64,000 nt of DNA from assembly GCA_050115495.1 (NCBI GenBank), contig JASFQK010000022.1, positions 1-64,000 of the forward strand, in the 5' to 3' direction. The notes below the pieces were generated by a model. The model was not told where the DNA came from. It was given only the letters and a program-made list of their open reading frames with translations, and searched no databases. Positions 18,956 to 27,334 of the stretch are shown one piece after another (the stretch's first letter is position 1; every line of letters begins with the position of its first letter). Source of the stretch: Phycisphaerae bacterium. Its GTDB lineage: Bacteria; Planctomycetota; Phycisphaerae; UBA1845; Fen-1342. A program made the translations under genes and the position numbers.

Positions 18956-18960
18956 GTCAA

Positions 18961-18989
18961 CACTGGTGGGCAAGCCACCAGCGGTACCC
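18961..18989. repeat. REP-like palindrome copy
   Basis: CACTGGTGGGCAAGCCACCAGCGGTACCC, same family as the copies at 1585 and 17277. Confidence 0.7.
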
Positions 18990-19145
18990 CGGGGGGGTGA
19001 TCGGCGCCAATTGGCGACAGAGGGTAACAGGATCGCGCAGTAGGCGCGATTGGAGCGCAGTGGAGGGGATGTCTGCTAGAAAAGCTAGGGAGCGGCGCGT
19101 AGGCTTCGATGGGCCCCCGGACCGCATGGGGCCGCGGAGCCGACC

Positions 19146-20615
19146 ATGACCGTCTGTGAGTCTGCCGGGCTGCCCGCGTCGCTGGCGTGGGCGCGTACGT
19201 TTCTGCCGGACTACTTCTCCGCCGACCCGGCCCCCTTCCATGTTGAGCTGATGGGCGACCTGGAGGATCCCGCCCGCCGACTGATCGCCCGGATCGCGCC
19301 GCGCGGGCATGCGAAGAGCACGTGTGCTGCCCTGGCCTACCCGCTGTGGTGCCTGTGCGAGCAGCGGCGGCGGAATATCGTGATCATCACGCATGAATCG
19401 TCGCTGGCTCGCCAGTTTGTTCGCGATATCCGCACGGAGCTTGAGGCCAACGAGCTGCTCCTCGAACGGTACGGCGATCTCGCCGTCGACGCGCCGCCCG
19501 CTCCCGCCGGCCGGAAGCGGAAGAGGACGACGCGCGGTAAGTGGACGGAGGAGAAGTTCACGACGTGCAGCGGGCTGACGGTGCAGGCCAAGGGATCGGG
19601 GGCGAGTTTTCGCGGGACGCGCGTCGGCCCGCAACGACCCGACCTCATCATCTGCGACGACATCGAGAAGGACGAGGAGATGGCCTCCGCCGACAGCCGG
19701 CAGAAGCTGGAGTACTGGCTGCGGCGAGTGGTCATGCCGGCCCTGTCGCCGGACGGGCAGCTCATCGTGGTCGGTTCGCTGATTCACCACGATTCGCTGC
19801 TGGCGCGGCTGCGGGATCGGCGGCGGTTTCCGCGGTGGGACTACAAGGTCTACCGGGCGATCGAGGCGCGGCAGGCCGAGAACGGCCAATGGTACCGGGT
19901 GGCGCTGTGGCCGGGTCGGTGGCCGCTGGAACGGCTGGAGGAGGAGCGGGCTCGCATCGGTACGCTGGCGTTCGAGCAGGAGTACATGGCCAACCCGATC
20001 GACGACTCGATCCGCGTCTTTCCGCAGAAATGGCTGAGGCGCTACGATCCGGTGGAGCTCGAAACGCGCGGTGATTCGCTGGTGACGCTGATGGCCGCGG
20101 ACCCGGCGACGGGTGCGGCTGACGGAGACTTCTTCGCGCTGTGGATCGGCAGCCTCGATCTGTCGACGGGGATTATCTACACGCGCGAATTGACGATCGA
20201 ACGCATCGGCATCGTCGAGCAGGTCAGACGTATCGAGTCGGCGGCGTTGCGCTGGCGGCCGGTGAAGATCGGCATCGAGACGGCCGCGTACCAGGTGGCG
20301 CTCAAGGACGTGCTCGATGACAACAGCCGGCGGCGACGCCTGTATCTGCCGATCGTGGGCTTGGTGACGACGGCGAACAAAGTGGCCCGCATCGTGGGTT
20401 CGTCGCCGTTTTACGAGAACGGGACGTTTCTGCTGCCGCCGGTGCTGGACCCGGAAGTGGAGGCGCAGTTTCTGCAATTCCCAAAGAGCAAGCACGATGA
20501 CGCGCCGGATGTGTGCGCGATGGGCATCGAGCTGGCCCGAACGCTGCGCGGCGGGCGGCTGGAGGGCCTGTCCCGCCGGCAGCAGAAGGGTCCCGCTCAA
20601 CGCGGAGAGTGGTGA
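19146..20615 (+). CDS. Phage-type terminase large subunit (orphan)
   Basis: Walker A APRGHAKST, Walker B RPDLIICDDIE, AFEQEYMANP, nuclease motifs AADPA and FPKSKHDDAPD. Confidence 0.88.
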   Translation: MTVCESAGLPASLAWARTFLPDYFSADPAPFHVELMGDLEDPARRLIARIAPRGHAKSTCAALAYPLWCLCEQRRRNIVIITHESSLARQFVRDIRTELEANELLLERYGDLAVDAPPAPAGRKRKRTTRGKWTEEKFTTCSGLTVQAKGSGASFRGTRVGPQRPDLIICDDIEKDEEMASADSRQKLEYWLRRVVMPALSPDGQLIVVGSLIHHDSLLARLRDRRRFPRWDYKVYRAIEARQAENGQWYRVALWPGRWPLERLEEERARIGTLAFEQEYMANPIDDSIRVFPQKWLRRYDPVELETRGDSLVTLMAADPATGAADGDFFALWIGSLDLSTGIIYTRELTIERIGIVEQVRRIESAALRWRPVKIGIETAAYQVALKDVLDDNSRRRRLYLPIVGLVTTANKVARIVGSSPFYENGTFLLPPVLDPEVEAQFLQFPKSKHDDAPDVCAMGIELARTLRGGRLEGLSRRQQKGPAQRGEW

Positions 20616-20640
20616 GGGCAGCAGACCGGCGCCGTGGCGA

Positions 20641-22689
20641 TCAGCCGCCGGCCAGCAGGTCGACGAACGGGGCGATGTCGAAGTTGCTCACGGTGCCGTC
20701 CTGGTTCACGTCGGCCAGGTTGCGGTCGCAGTCCGAGTAGGCGGCGGCGTAGCCGGTCGGGCTGGTCAAGGCCAGGACGAAGGCGTGGATGTCGAAGTTG
20801 TCGACCGTGCCGTCGCAGTTCAGATCGCCCAGCGCGTACGCCGGCGACGCGTTGCGGACGAGGCGAACGTGGTTGAAGACGCGCTGCACGTCGCCCTGCG
20901 GACCGCCGCCCCATTGCGGATAGTCTTCCGGGTCGCCGTCTTTGGGATCGCCGCGCTGGCAACCGGCGCCGTGGACGTCGATGACGTTCACGCCGTCCAT
21001 CGAGCCGAGACCGCGGCCGAACGCGACGTAGACACCGCGGTCGGCGCTGCCATCGAAGCGCAGGTGCGTCGTGCCCGTCCAGTAGAATGCGTAGTCCGAC
21101 TCGCCGGCCTCGTTCACGATTTCGGTCGCGCAGAAGACCGGATCGATCGCGGCGGAGTCGGTCGTGTCCGGCGACCGCGTGTAGTCGATGATGCTCTCCA
21201 GCTCCTTCGGATTTGGCAGACGCCAGTCGTTGTGACCGAGATAATCCTCGCTGTTTCTGGCCTGCACCCAGGCCAGTGCGTCTTCCCAGTTCACGCCGGT
21301 GCCGCCATCGTCAGCCTGCGACCACATCAAGCCGGTCGCCTCATCCGTGATCGTGCCGTCGCCGTTGTCGATGAGGATGTTCGTGCCGTAGTCGGGGTTC
21401 CCGCGCACGAGGTGGACGCAGAAAGCTTTGGTGAGCGGGTAGCCCTTGATGCGGCCGTCGGCGAAGTTGACGCCGAACATGGCGCTCTGATTGCCGAAGA
21501 CGGTGCCGACATACACGGTGCACGTCGCGTATTGGGAGTCGATGACGCGTTCGCCGGCGGCCGTGTCGCCGTGGGCAAAGTCAAAGTAGTCGGTGTTGAT
21601 GAAAGGCGTGAGGCCGCTGGTATCGTCACCTTCGACCACCGGATCCGTTCCCCGGAAGTCGATCAGCGAATACAGCTCCTTGATGCTGGGCACACGCCAG
21701 TCGTTGTAGCCGCCGTAGTTCTGGGCGTTGAGGACGTCGGGGTAGGTCTGGGCTTCGTAGTAGGTCAACTTGTCGTCGATATCGATGTCGCCGTCGCCGT
21801 CGAGATCCGGACTGCGGGTCCAGGTCAGGCCGGTGACGTTGTCGTGGACGGTCAGGCCGTCGCTGCTGAGGGCGTAGCTGGGCTGGTTACCGTCGAACTG
21901 GGCGTCCTGGCCGTAGAAGGGATCGCCGGCTGACGGGGTGGCGATAGTGGCGTAGTCGTCGTAGCACAGGTCCTGTCCGGTGTCGACGATCGGATAGGCG
22001 CCGGTCGGCAGCTCGGCCACCGTCAGCACGGCATCGTCCGACGTATCGGTGCCGAAGTCGTTGCTGACGATGCAGCGATAACTGCCGGCGTCGTCCCAGT
22101 CCACCGGGTTGATCGTGTACGACGCGTCGGTCGCGCCCGTGATGTCGATCGCGTCCTTCTGCCACTGGTAGTGCAGCGGCTCAGTCCCGTAGGCGACGAC
22201 CGTGAACGTCGCCGAACTGCCGGGCGGAGCCCTCCGCGACTGGGGCTGCTGCGTGATCGTCGGCGGCGTGTCCTCCCCGACCGTCACGGTGAACCCGCCG
22301 GCCATCGAGAAGGTGAGCGAACCATCGGGCGTCGTGAAGCCGATCGTGACGTCTTGCGGCCCTGGAGGCTCGGTGCCGGGGATGTTGAGCACAGCCGTGA
22401 TCGTGTACTGGCTGCTGTGCGTCACGGACGAGCCGGTCATGCCGCCGATCGTGACGCTATCGGGCATGATGCCGGCGGGCGGGGCTGGAGGGACATCCGT
22501 GTCGAGCGTGAAGGTTACGAGCAGGTTAACGGTGCCTTGTGCGCCCGAGTCCGGATCGACGGCCGTGATCTCGTTGGTGGCCTGCCCGAAGGCCGGCGTG
22601 GCCCACAAGCTCAGCGTGAGGACGGCGAAGGCGCAGATGGTCACGCGTATGCGGCAGTGCCGCCGGCTCATGGCGTCCGTGCGCTTCAT
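20641..22689 (-). CDS. Secreted DUF1566/Lcl-domain protein with Ig-like domains and a C-terminal dockerin-like tag
   Basis: Signal peptide; Ig domain (PTITQQP...YQWQKD...YRCIVSN); two DUF1566 repeats (DNVTGLTW...DWRVPSIKEL; DEATGLMW...DWRLPNPKEL); C-terminal GDLNCDGTVDNFDI...ADVNQDGTVSNFDIAPFV. Confidence 0.85.
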   Translation of the reverse strand: MKRTDAMSRRHCRIRVTICAFAVLTLSLWATPAFGQATNEITAVDPDSGAQGTVNLLVTFTLDTDVPPAPPAGIMPDSVTIGGMTGSSVTHSSQYTITAVLNIPGTEPPGPQDVTIGFTTPDGSLTFSMAGGFTVTVGEDTPPTITQQPQSRRAPPGSSATFTVVAYGTEPLHYQWQKDAIDITGATDASYTINPVDWDDAGSYRCIVSNDFGTDTSDDAVLTVAELPTGAYPIVDTGQDLCYDDYATIATPSAGDPFYGQDAQFDGNQPSYALSSDGLTVHDNVTGLTWTRSPDLDGDGDIDIDDKLTYYEAQTYPDVLNAQNYGGYNDWRVPSIKELYSLIDFRGTDPVVEGDDTSGLTPFINTDYFDFAHGDTAAGERVIDSQYATCTVYVGTVFGNQSAMFGVNFADGRIKGYPLTKAFCVHLVRGNPDYGTNILIDNGDGTITDEATGLMWSQADDGGTGVNWEDALAWVQARNSEDYLGHNDWRLPNPKELESIIDYTRSPDTTDSAAIDPVFCATEIVNEAGESDYAFYWTGTTHLRFDGSADRGVYVAFGRGLGSMDGVNVIDVHGAGCQRGDPKDGDPEDYPQWGGGPQGDVQRVFNHVRLVRNASPAYALGDLNCDGTVDNFDIHAFVLALTSPTGYAAAYSDCDRNLADVNQDGTVSNFDIAPFVDLLAGG

Positions 22690-23032
22690 GGTCGGTCTCC
22701 TCGCTTTGGGGTGAGTCATTCCAGCGGCCACTAACCGCCGCCGGTAGAGGAAACGGTAAGCGGGCCGAATCCTTCGCCGACAGGAGGAGGAATCTTCGCG
22801 GACGTGCTGGCTTTCGGCGGCGGAGCCGCGGGGGATGGGCCGTAAAGCATTGCCATTGCGCAGCTTACGCTTCTTCGAGCGATCCGAACGGGTGATGTCC
22901 CTGGGGCAGATGTTCGATGGTGAAAGCCGCCGCTGGGTCACGACGTCACTGATGACGTCTGGCAGCGGCTGCGACGGGCGGGATGAGGTTCCTTGGAACG
23001 TGTCCGTTGGCGAGACAGGCCCTGCGCCTCAC

Positions 23033-24301
23033 TCACTTCGATGGCGGGGGCTCGGGTAGGTTGATCTGCATGACCACCGTGGATGGAAGGACAGGGTACT
23101 CGACGCGCAGGCGATAGACGTCGAAGCGCTTGTCGCCCCAGCCCAGCCGGTCGAGCACGTGGCGGCCGAGCTCGGGATAGCGGGGAACGTCCGGCGTGAA
23201 GAGCACGTCCGGGCCCTTGCCCAGATAGGACGCCTTCTCGTGCAAGTCCAGACGCTGCCATTCCTCGCTCAGGTTCGGCGAGGTGAATTCACCGAGATGG
23301 TCGGCGCAGGCGAGTGTCTCCGGCGTGAGCTGGCCGAACGTGTCCTCGCGGATCAGCATGTCGAGGAGCAGGACCTCGCAGGGCAAGCGGACCTGCGCCA
23401 CGTTGCCCAGAACGCCGTGAATTTCCTCGCGATAGCGCGGACAGGCCGCGCGCGAGACGTAGCCCTCCACGTAGTCGATGGCGGCCTTGTTGCCCATGCC
23501 GTTGCCGAGGAGCTGGCTGTGCACCGTTCCCGCCGCGGTCTCGACGGTCCGATAGTCGGGCAAGGGCTGGCTGCAAAACTCACGTAGCAACGACAGCCCG
23601 TACGGCTGGTCGGCGACGGGGTCGATCGGCTCGCGCCCCACATCACACACGGCGCCGCGGTCATCCGTCGCGTACACCTGGGACACGATCAGCGGCGTGT
23701 TCGGGCGTAAGCGGCGCAGGGCGAGCAGGCCCTTGATCTGGGCGAAGTCCAGGCGGTCGCCGGCCTCTGACGGGCCTGTAACGACCAGCTTGAACTGCGC
23801 CCGGGCGTGGAAGCCGAAGATGTGCCGCTGACTGCGATAGGCGTTACGCCGATGCTGCAACGTGATCTGGGCGACATCGTCCGTGTCAGCCAGCGAGCTC
23901 ACCATCGAATCGAAGGCGGTGCGATCGCCGGCGTGGCTCGTGACGAGCCGATCGAAGGCGGCCACCGATTCGGCGGCGGCGTCGACGAGGGCGTCGCGAA
24001 CGCCGGCCTTGCGGGCGGCTTTGAGGAAAATGCGCAGCGCGCTGAGACCCGGCACGTGCGGCCCGGCGGCCATCGAGCCAGACGCGTTGACGACCCGGAA
24101 GACCTTGCAACTGACGTTCATGTCGATCTTCAGGGCGCGGCGCAGCTCGGCCGGCTTGGAGACGCGACCGGGCACGCCGGCGATGACACCGGCGAGGCTG
24201 GTGCGGAGCCGCTGGAGGACGTCGGTGGCGGCGAGCTCGAAATCGGACACCTGCCGGTTCTGAGTGTCTCCGGCATCGACGATAGTTGGATCTGGGTTCA
24301 C
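23033..24301 (-). CDS. Hypothetical cytoplasmic protein with a possible N-terminal HTH
   Basis: Long ORF with coding-like codon use. KPAELRRALKIDMNVSCKVFR is HTH-like. Divergent from the PEP-CTERM gene across an AT-rich spacer. Confidence 0.7.
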   Translation of the reverse strand: MNPDPTIVDAGDTQNRQVSDFELAATDVLQRLRTSLAGVIAGVPGRVSKPAELRRALKIDMNVSCKVFRVVNASGSMAAGPHVPGLSALRIFLKAARKAGVRDALVDAAAESVAAFDRLVTSHAGDRTAFDSMVSSLADTDDVAQITLQHRRNAYRSQRHIFGFHARAQFKLVVTGPSEAGDRLDFAQIKGLLALRRLRPNTPLIVSQVYATDDRGAVCDVGREPIDPVADQPYGLSLLREFCSQPLPDYRTVETAAGTVHSQLLGNGMGNKAAIDYVEGYVSRAACPRYREEIHGVLGNVAQVRLPCEVLLLDMLIREDTFGQLTPETLACADHLGEFTSPNLSEEWQRLDLHEKASYLGKGPDVLFTPDVPRYPELGRHVLDRLGWGDKRFDVYRLRVEYPVLPSTVVMQINLPEPPPSK

Positions 24302-24638
24302 GGCGAAGTAACCCTGGGCGCTGGAAGTAGGGTCGCGGGCCCGAGTCGTCCTATAATAACAAACGCGACCAATTTGAAACAAACTGATTCTTAACGTACA
24401 CGCGTAGTGTACCACGTCGGGCGGGCGATGACAACACCCAACCAACTTGCCAGATACGTGTGCGGATAATTATTCAAGTAGCTACCCAGAAAATTCTCCA
24501 GGTAGAATTGACCCTTAACTCACGAGTCGATAATCTGGGGTTCATCCGGTCGACGCCGCCCGCGCGAAGGTGCGAGACGCGGCCGCCCGATTGCTGAGGT
24601 CGGCGCCTCAGGCCACATCCAAACCGAGGAGGAGACTG

Positions 24639-25457
24639 ATGAAGGACGCCATCCGACTGCTGGCCCTGGGAGCTCTGCTCTGTGTCCCCGCGGTGACGCT
24701 GGCGCAGACGAGCCCGTTGTACATCACGAACTTCGACTGGCCGCCGGTGCACCACGTCGTCCAGAACGGCGAGGTCATCAATGAGTGGCAAACGGGAGGG
24801 GCATACGGGGGTGACTACCAGTGGGCCATGGCCGTCACCGACACGATCAAGATCTTCGCATCGTCCGCAGACGGCATGGGCTACGAGTACAGCCTGGACG
24901 GCGAAATGCTCTTGGGTACGTACCCCAACCCCGGCTTCAATGACTGCTTCGACGGCGCCACCAGCGGCACACAGAACTGGACGATTGCTCACAATGACAC
25001 CGCGTCAGATTTCGCCGTTCTGGTGGCCGATGCGGATTGGGGCAGCGCCGCCGTGGCTTTCGTACCACAACGACGCAGCAGCGGCATCACGTATGACGGC
25101 AACACGGGGACACTATGGGTGACCAACACGACCAGCGTGTGCGATCGTGTCCAGCAGTACTCGCTGGAGGGCGACCTTCTGTCCGAGTTTGCCGTCGACG
25201 ATATCTTCGGCGGCTATGGCATTGCGTGGGATCCCGCCGACGACACGCTGTGGATCTCCCAAATGTGCCCATTTGGCGAGCCTGGCCCCGAGCTGCATCA
25301 GTTCGACAAGCAGGGCAACCTTCTCCAGAGCGTCGATCTGCCCGGTGTGGCAGCTACCGTGTTTGGGGCCACGGGTCTCGAGTTCCAGATGGTTCCCGAG
25401 CCCGCTTCGGCGTTACTGCTCGTCATCGGCGCGCTGGCGATCGTGCGGCGGCGCTAA
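24639..25457 (+). CDS. PEP-CTERM protein (beta-propeller-like)
   Basis: GGAGGAG RBS, signal peptide, C-terminal VPEPASALLLVIGALAIVRRR. Confidence 0.9.
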   Translation: MKDAIRLLALGALLCVPAVTLAQTSPLYITNFDWPPVHHVVQNGEVINEWQTGGAYGGDYQWAMAVTDTIKIFASSADGMGYEYSLDGEMLLGTYPNPGFNDCFDGATSGTQNWTIAHNDTASDFAVLVADADWGSAAVAFVPQRRSSGITYDGNTGTLWVTNTTSVCDRVQQYSLEGDLLSEFAVDDIFGGYGIAWDPADDTLWISQMCPFGEPGPELHQFDKQGNLLQSVDLPGVAATVFGATGLEFQMVPEPASALLLVIGALAIVRRR

Positions 25458-25524
25458 CCAGCGGGCCTCAAACACGATCGCGGCCGCAGCAATGAACGCG
25501 GCGCGATGCGGCGGATTGTGAAGC

Positions 25525-25563
25525 CAGGGCGGGTCGGCAACGCAGCCGACCCGCCCTGTTTTT
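25525..25563 (+). terminator. Rho-independent terminator
   Basis: CAGGGCGGGTCGGC / GCCGACCCGCCCTG 14-bp stem followed by TTTTT. Confidence 0.85.
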
Positions 25564-25766
25564 GCGCGCCATTGAGGACACGTGACGCAGGATCGCCAGA
25601 CGGGGGCCACTACCCTGGCCCGAGGCCGCCATGTACGGCGACTGACGGGAGCCAGCCTCGTTCTAGCTCATACGACGAACTAATCTGAGCACATGCCCCT
25701 GGCAACAGATACTGAACGTAAAGCGCTTCGAAATATTGACTTATATGATCTTCCAGACAAGATCAC

Positions 25767-25815
25767 TTGACATATCAACTAGGAAGCGTTATTTTACTCG
25801 TAAGCTGAGGATAAG
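25767..25815 (+). promoter_or_regulatory. Sigma70 promoter with an overlapping candidate ROK operator
   Basis: TTGACA (25767), 17 bp spacer, TATTTT (25790). ATTTTACTC-N7-GAGGATAAG at 25791-25815. Confidence 0.6.
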
Positions 25816-25853
25816 TTAACCACGTCTTTCCGGATCGCGCAACGAGGTGGCCA

Positions 25854-26792
25854 ATGGCCAATCGATCGCCAGCATACCTGGACGGGTCCGCCGGCACCGG
25901 TCCGCTTCAACCCAGCACCTGCGACTGCCCGCCGGCGGGCAACCCCGATGGCCCCGTCGCCCGGAGGAGACGAGGCGGATTGATCGCCACAACCGGGGCG
26001 ACTGGACGCCAGGGGTTCACGCTGATCGAGCTCCTGGTGGTGGTCGCCATCATCGCGTTGCTTATTTCAATATTGCTGCCCAGCCTTCAGGGGGCGCGCG
26101 ACCGAGCCAAGGCGGCGGTTTGCGGCGCCAATCTTCGGCAGATGGGCGTGGCCCTGGAGCTCTACCTGGATCACAACGAGGGCTTCTACCCGGGCGAGCA
26201 TAGCTTGAAGGGAAACACCGCCTTCATCGTCTGGGCCCCGCGGGTACGGCTGTACGCGGCGATGCAGGAGAAGATCTTCTGGTGCCCCGCCGCGGACAAC
26301 AAGTCGCACTGGAAAGTGGTCATGGGGGCCGAGCTCGTCCCCCGCTACGTGCTCGGCTACGGGTACCAGCTCGGCGAGAAGCCGCTGCGTTCGGGCGACA
26401 ACGGGGACCTGTTCTGCTACGGGTACAACAGTTGGGGGGTTGCTGAGGTCATCAACCCTGTCACCGGGGTGTGCCTGGGGCTGGGGGCGAACGTGGACGA
26501 TCCGAACTGGCCGGAGGCCTGGAGCGTCCGCGTGGAGCACATCGTCCAGCCTTCAGACATGATCGCCCTGGCTGACAGCCAGGCGGACGGCGTCTGGGAC
26601 TCGGCCATCGACCCCGAGAACTGGCAGGATCACGAGTGGCCCAGCGCCCGCCACTACGGCGGAGCGGAAGTCATGTTCTGCGACGGGCACGCGACGTACA
26701 TGAAACAGAAGGCGCTCGTGGAGCCGGTGGAGTGGATGCGACGCCGTTGGAACAACGACTACCTCCCCCATAAGGATGTCTGGCAGGACTAA
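25854..26792 (+). CDS. Prepilin-type N-terminal cleavage/methylation protein (DUF1559-like)
   Basis: [30 protein letters not shown], and C-terminal H-X9-DG ([14 protein letters not shown]). Confidence 0.92.
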   Translation: MANRSPAYLDGSAGTGPLQPSTCDCPPAGNPDGPVARRRRGGLIATTGATGRQGFTLIELLVVVAIIALLISILLPSLQGARDRAKAAVCGANLRQMGVALELYLDHNEGFYPGEHSLKGNTAFIVWAPRVRLYAAMQEKIFWCPAADNKSHWKVVMGAELVPRYVLGYGYQLGEKPLRSGDNGDLFCYGYNSWGVAEVINPVTGVCLGLGANVDDPNWPEAWSVRVEHIVQPSDMIALADSQADGVWDSAIDPENWQDHEWPSARHYGGAEVMFCDGHATYMKQKALVEPVEWMRRRWNNDYLPHKDVWQD

Positions 26793-26828
26793 GCCGCCTC
26801 CGGGGAGCGGCGTTGGAGTACACACGGT

Positions 26829-27206
26829 ATGTCCGCTGCTGCAAGCAGGCAGAAGCTCGCCCACGTCGCGATCGCCGTCGTGGCGGTGGCCGCGGCCGGG
26901 GCCGTCCTGTGGAGCACCGTCCGTGACGGCGCGACCAGCGACTTCCCCGAAGGACACATCTACATCTGCCGCGACTGCGGGGCGACGACCCTCCTCTCCG
27001 AGCACGAGCTCCTGGAGATCAAGGCAGCAGCACGGGAAGCGCCGACGCTCGAGCCGGCCGCCGTGCCGTGCAGCCAATGCGGTTCGAAGAACACAGTCCC
27101 CGGCGTGCGGTGCCCGGCCTGCGGGCACTGTTTCGAGCGGCCGAAGGGCCGTCCGACCTGCCCGAAATGCGGGCAGGCCTTCCCGCGGCCGACCGGCGCC
27201 GGATGA
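26829..27206 (+). CDS. Small membrane-anchored multi-zinc-finger protein
   Basis: N-terminal TM helix and four CxxC motifs (CRDC, CSQC, CPAC, CPKC). Confidence 0.75.
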   Translation: MSAAASRQKLAHVAIAVVAVAAAGAVLWSTVRDGATSDFPEGHIYICRDCGATTLLSEHELLEIKAAAREAPTLEPAAVPCSQCGSKNTVPGVRCPACGHCFERPKGRPTCPKCGQAFPRPTGAG

Positions 27207-27334
27207 GCAGAGCGGCGGCAGGTGCGTGCCTGACGCCGGGAGGTTGGGAACACGAGGAGAGACCGGCGGTACGACCGCGCGGCGTCCGCGGCAAGGAAGG
27301 ACGGAAGGGAAACGACGGTACAGAGGAGAAGGCC

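Noticed and set aside
24514..24535. ACTC-N7-GATA as another ROK site before the PEP-CTERM gene
   Set aside because: The right half-site is too degenerate; could be chance in AT-rich promoter DNA.
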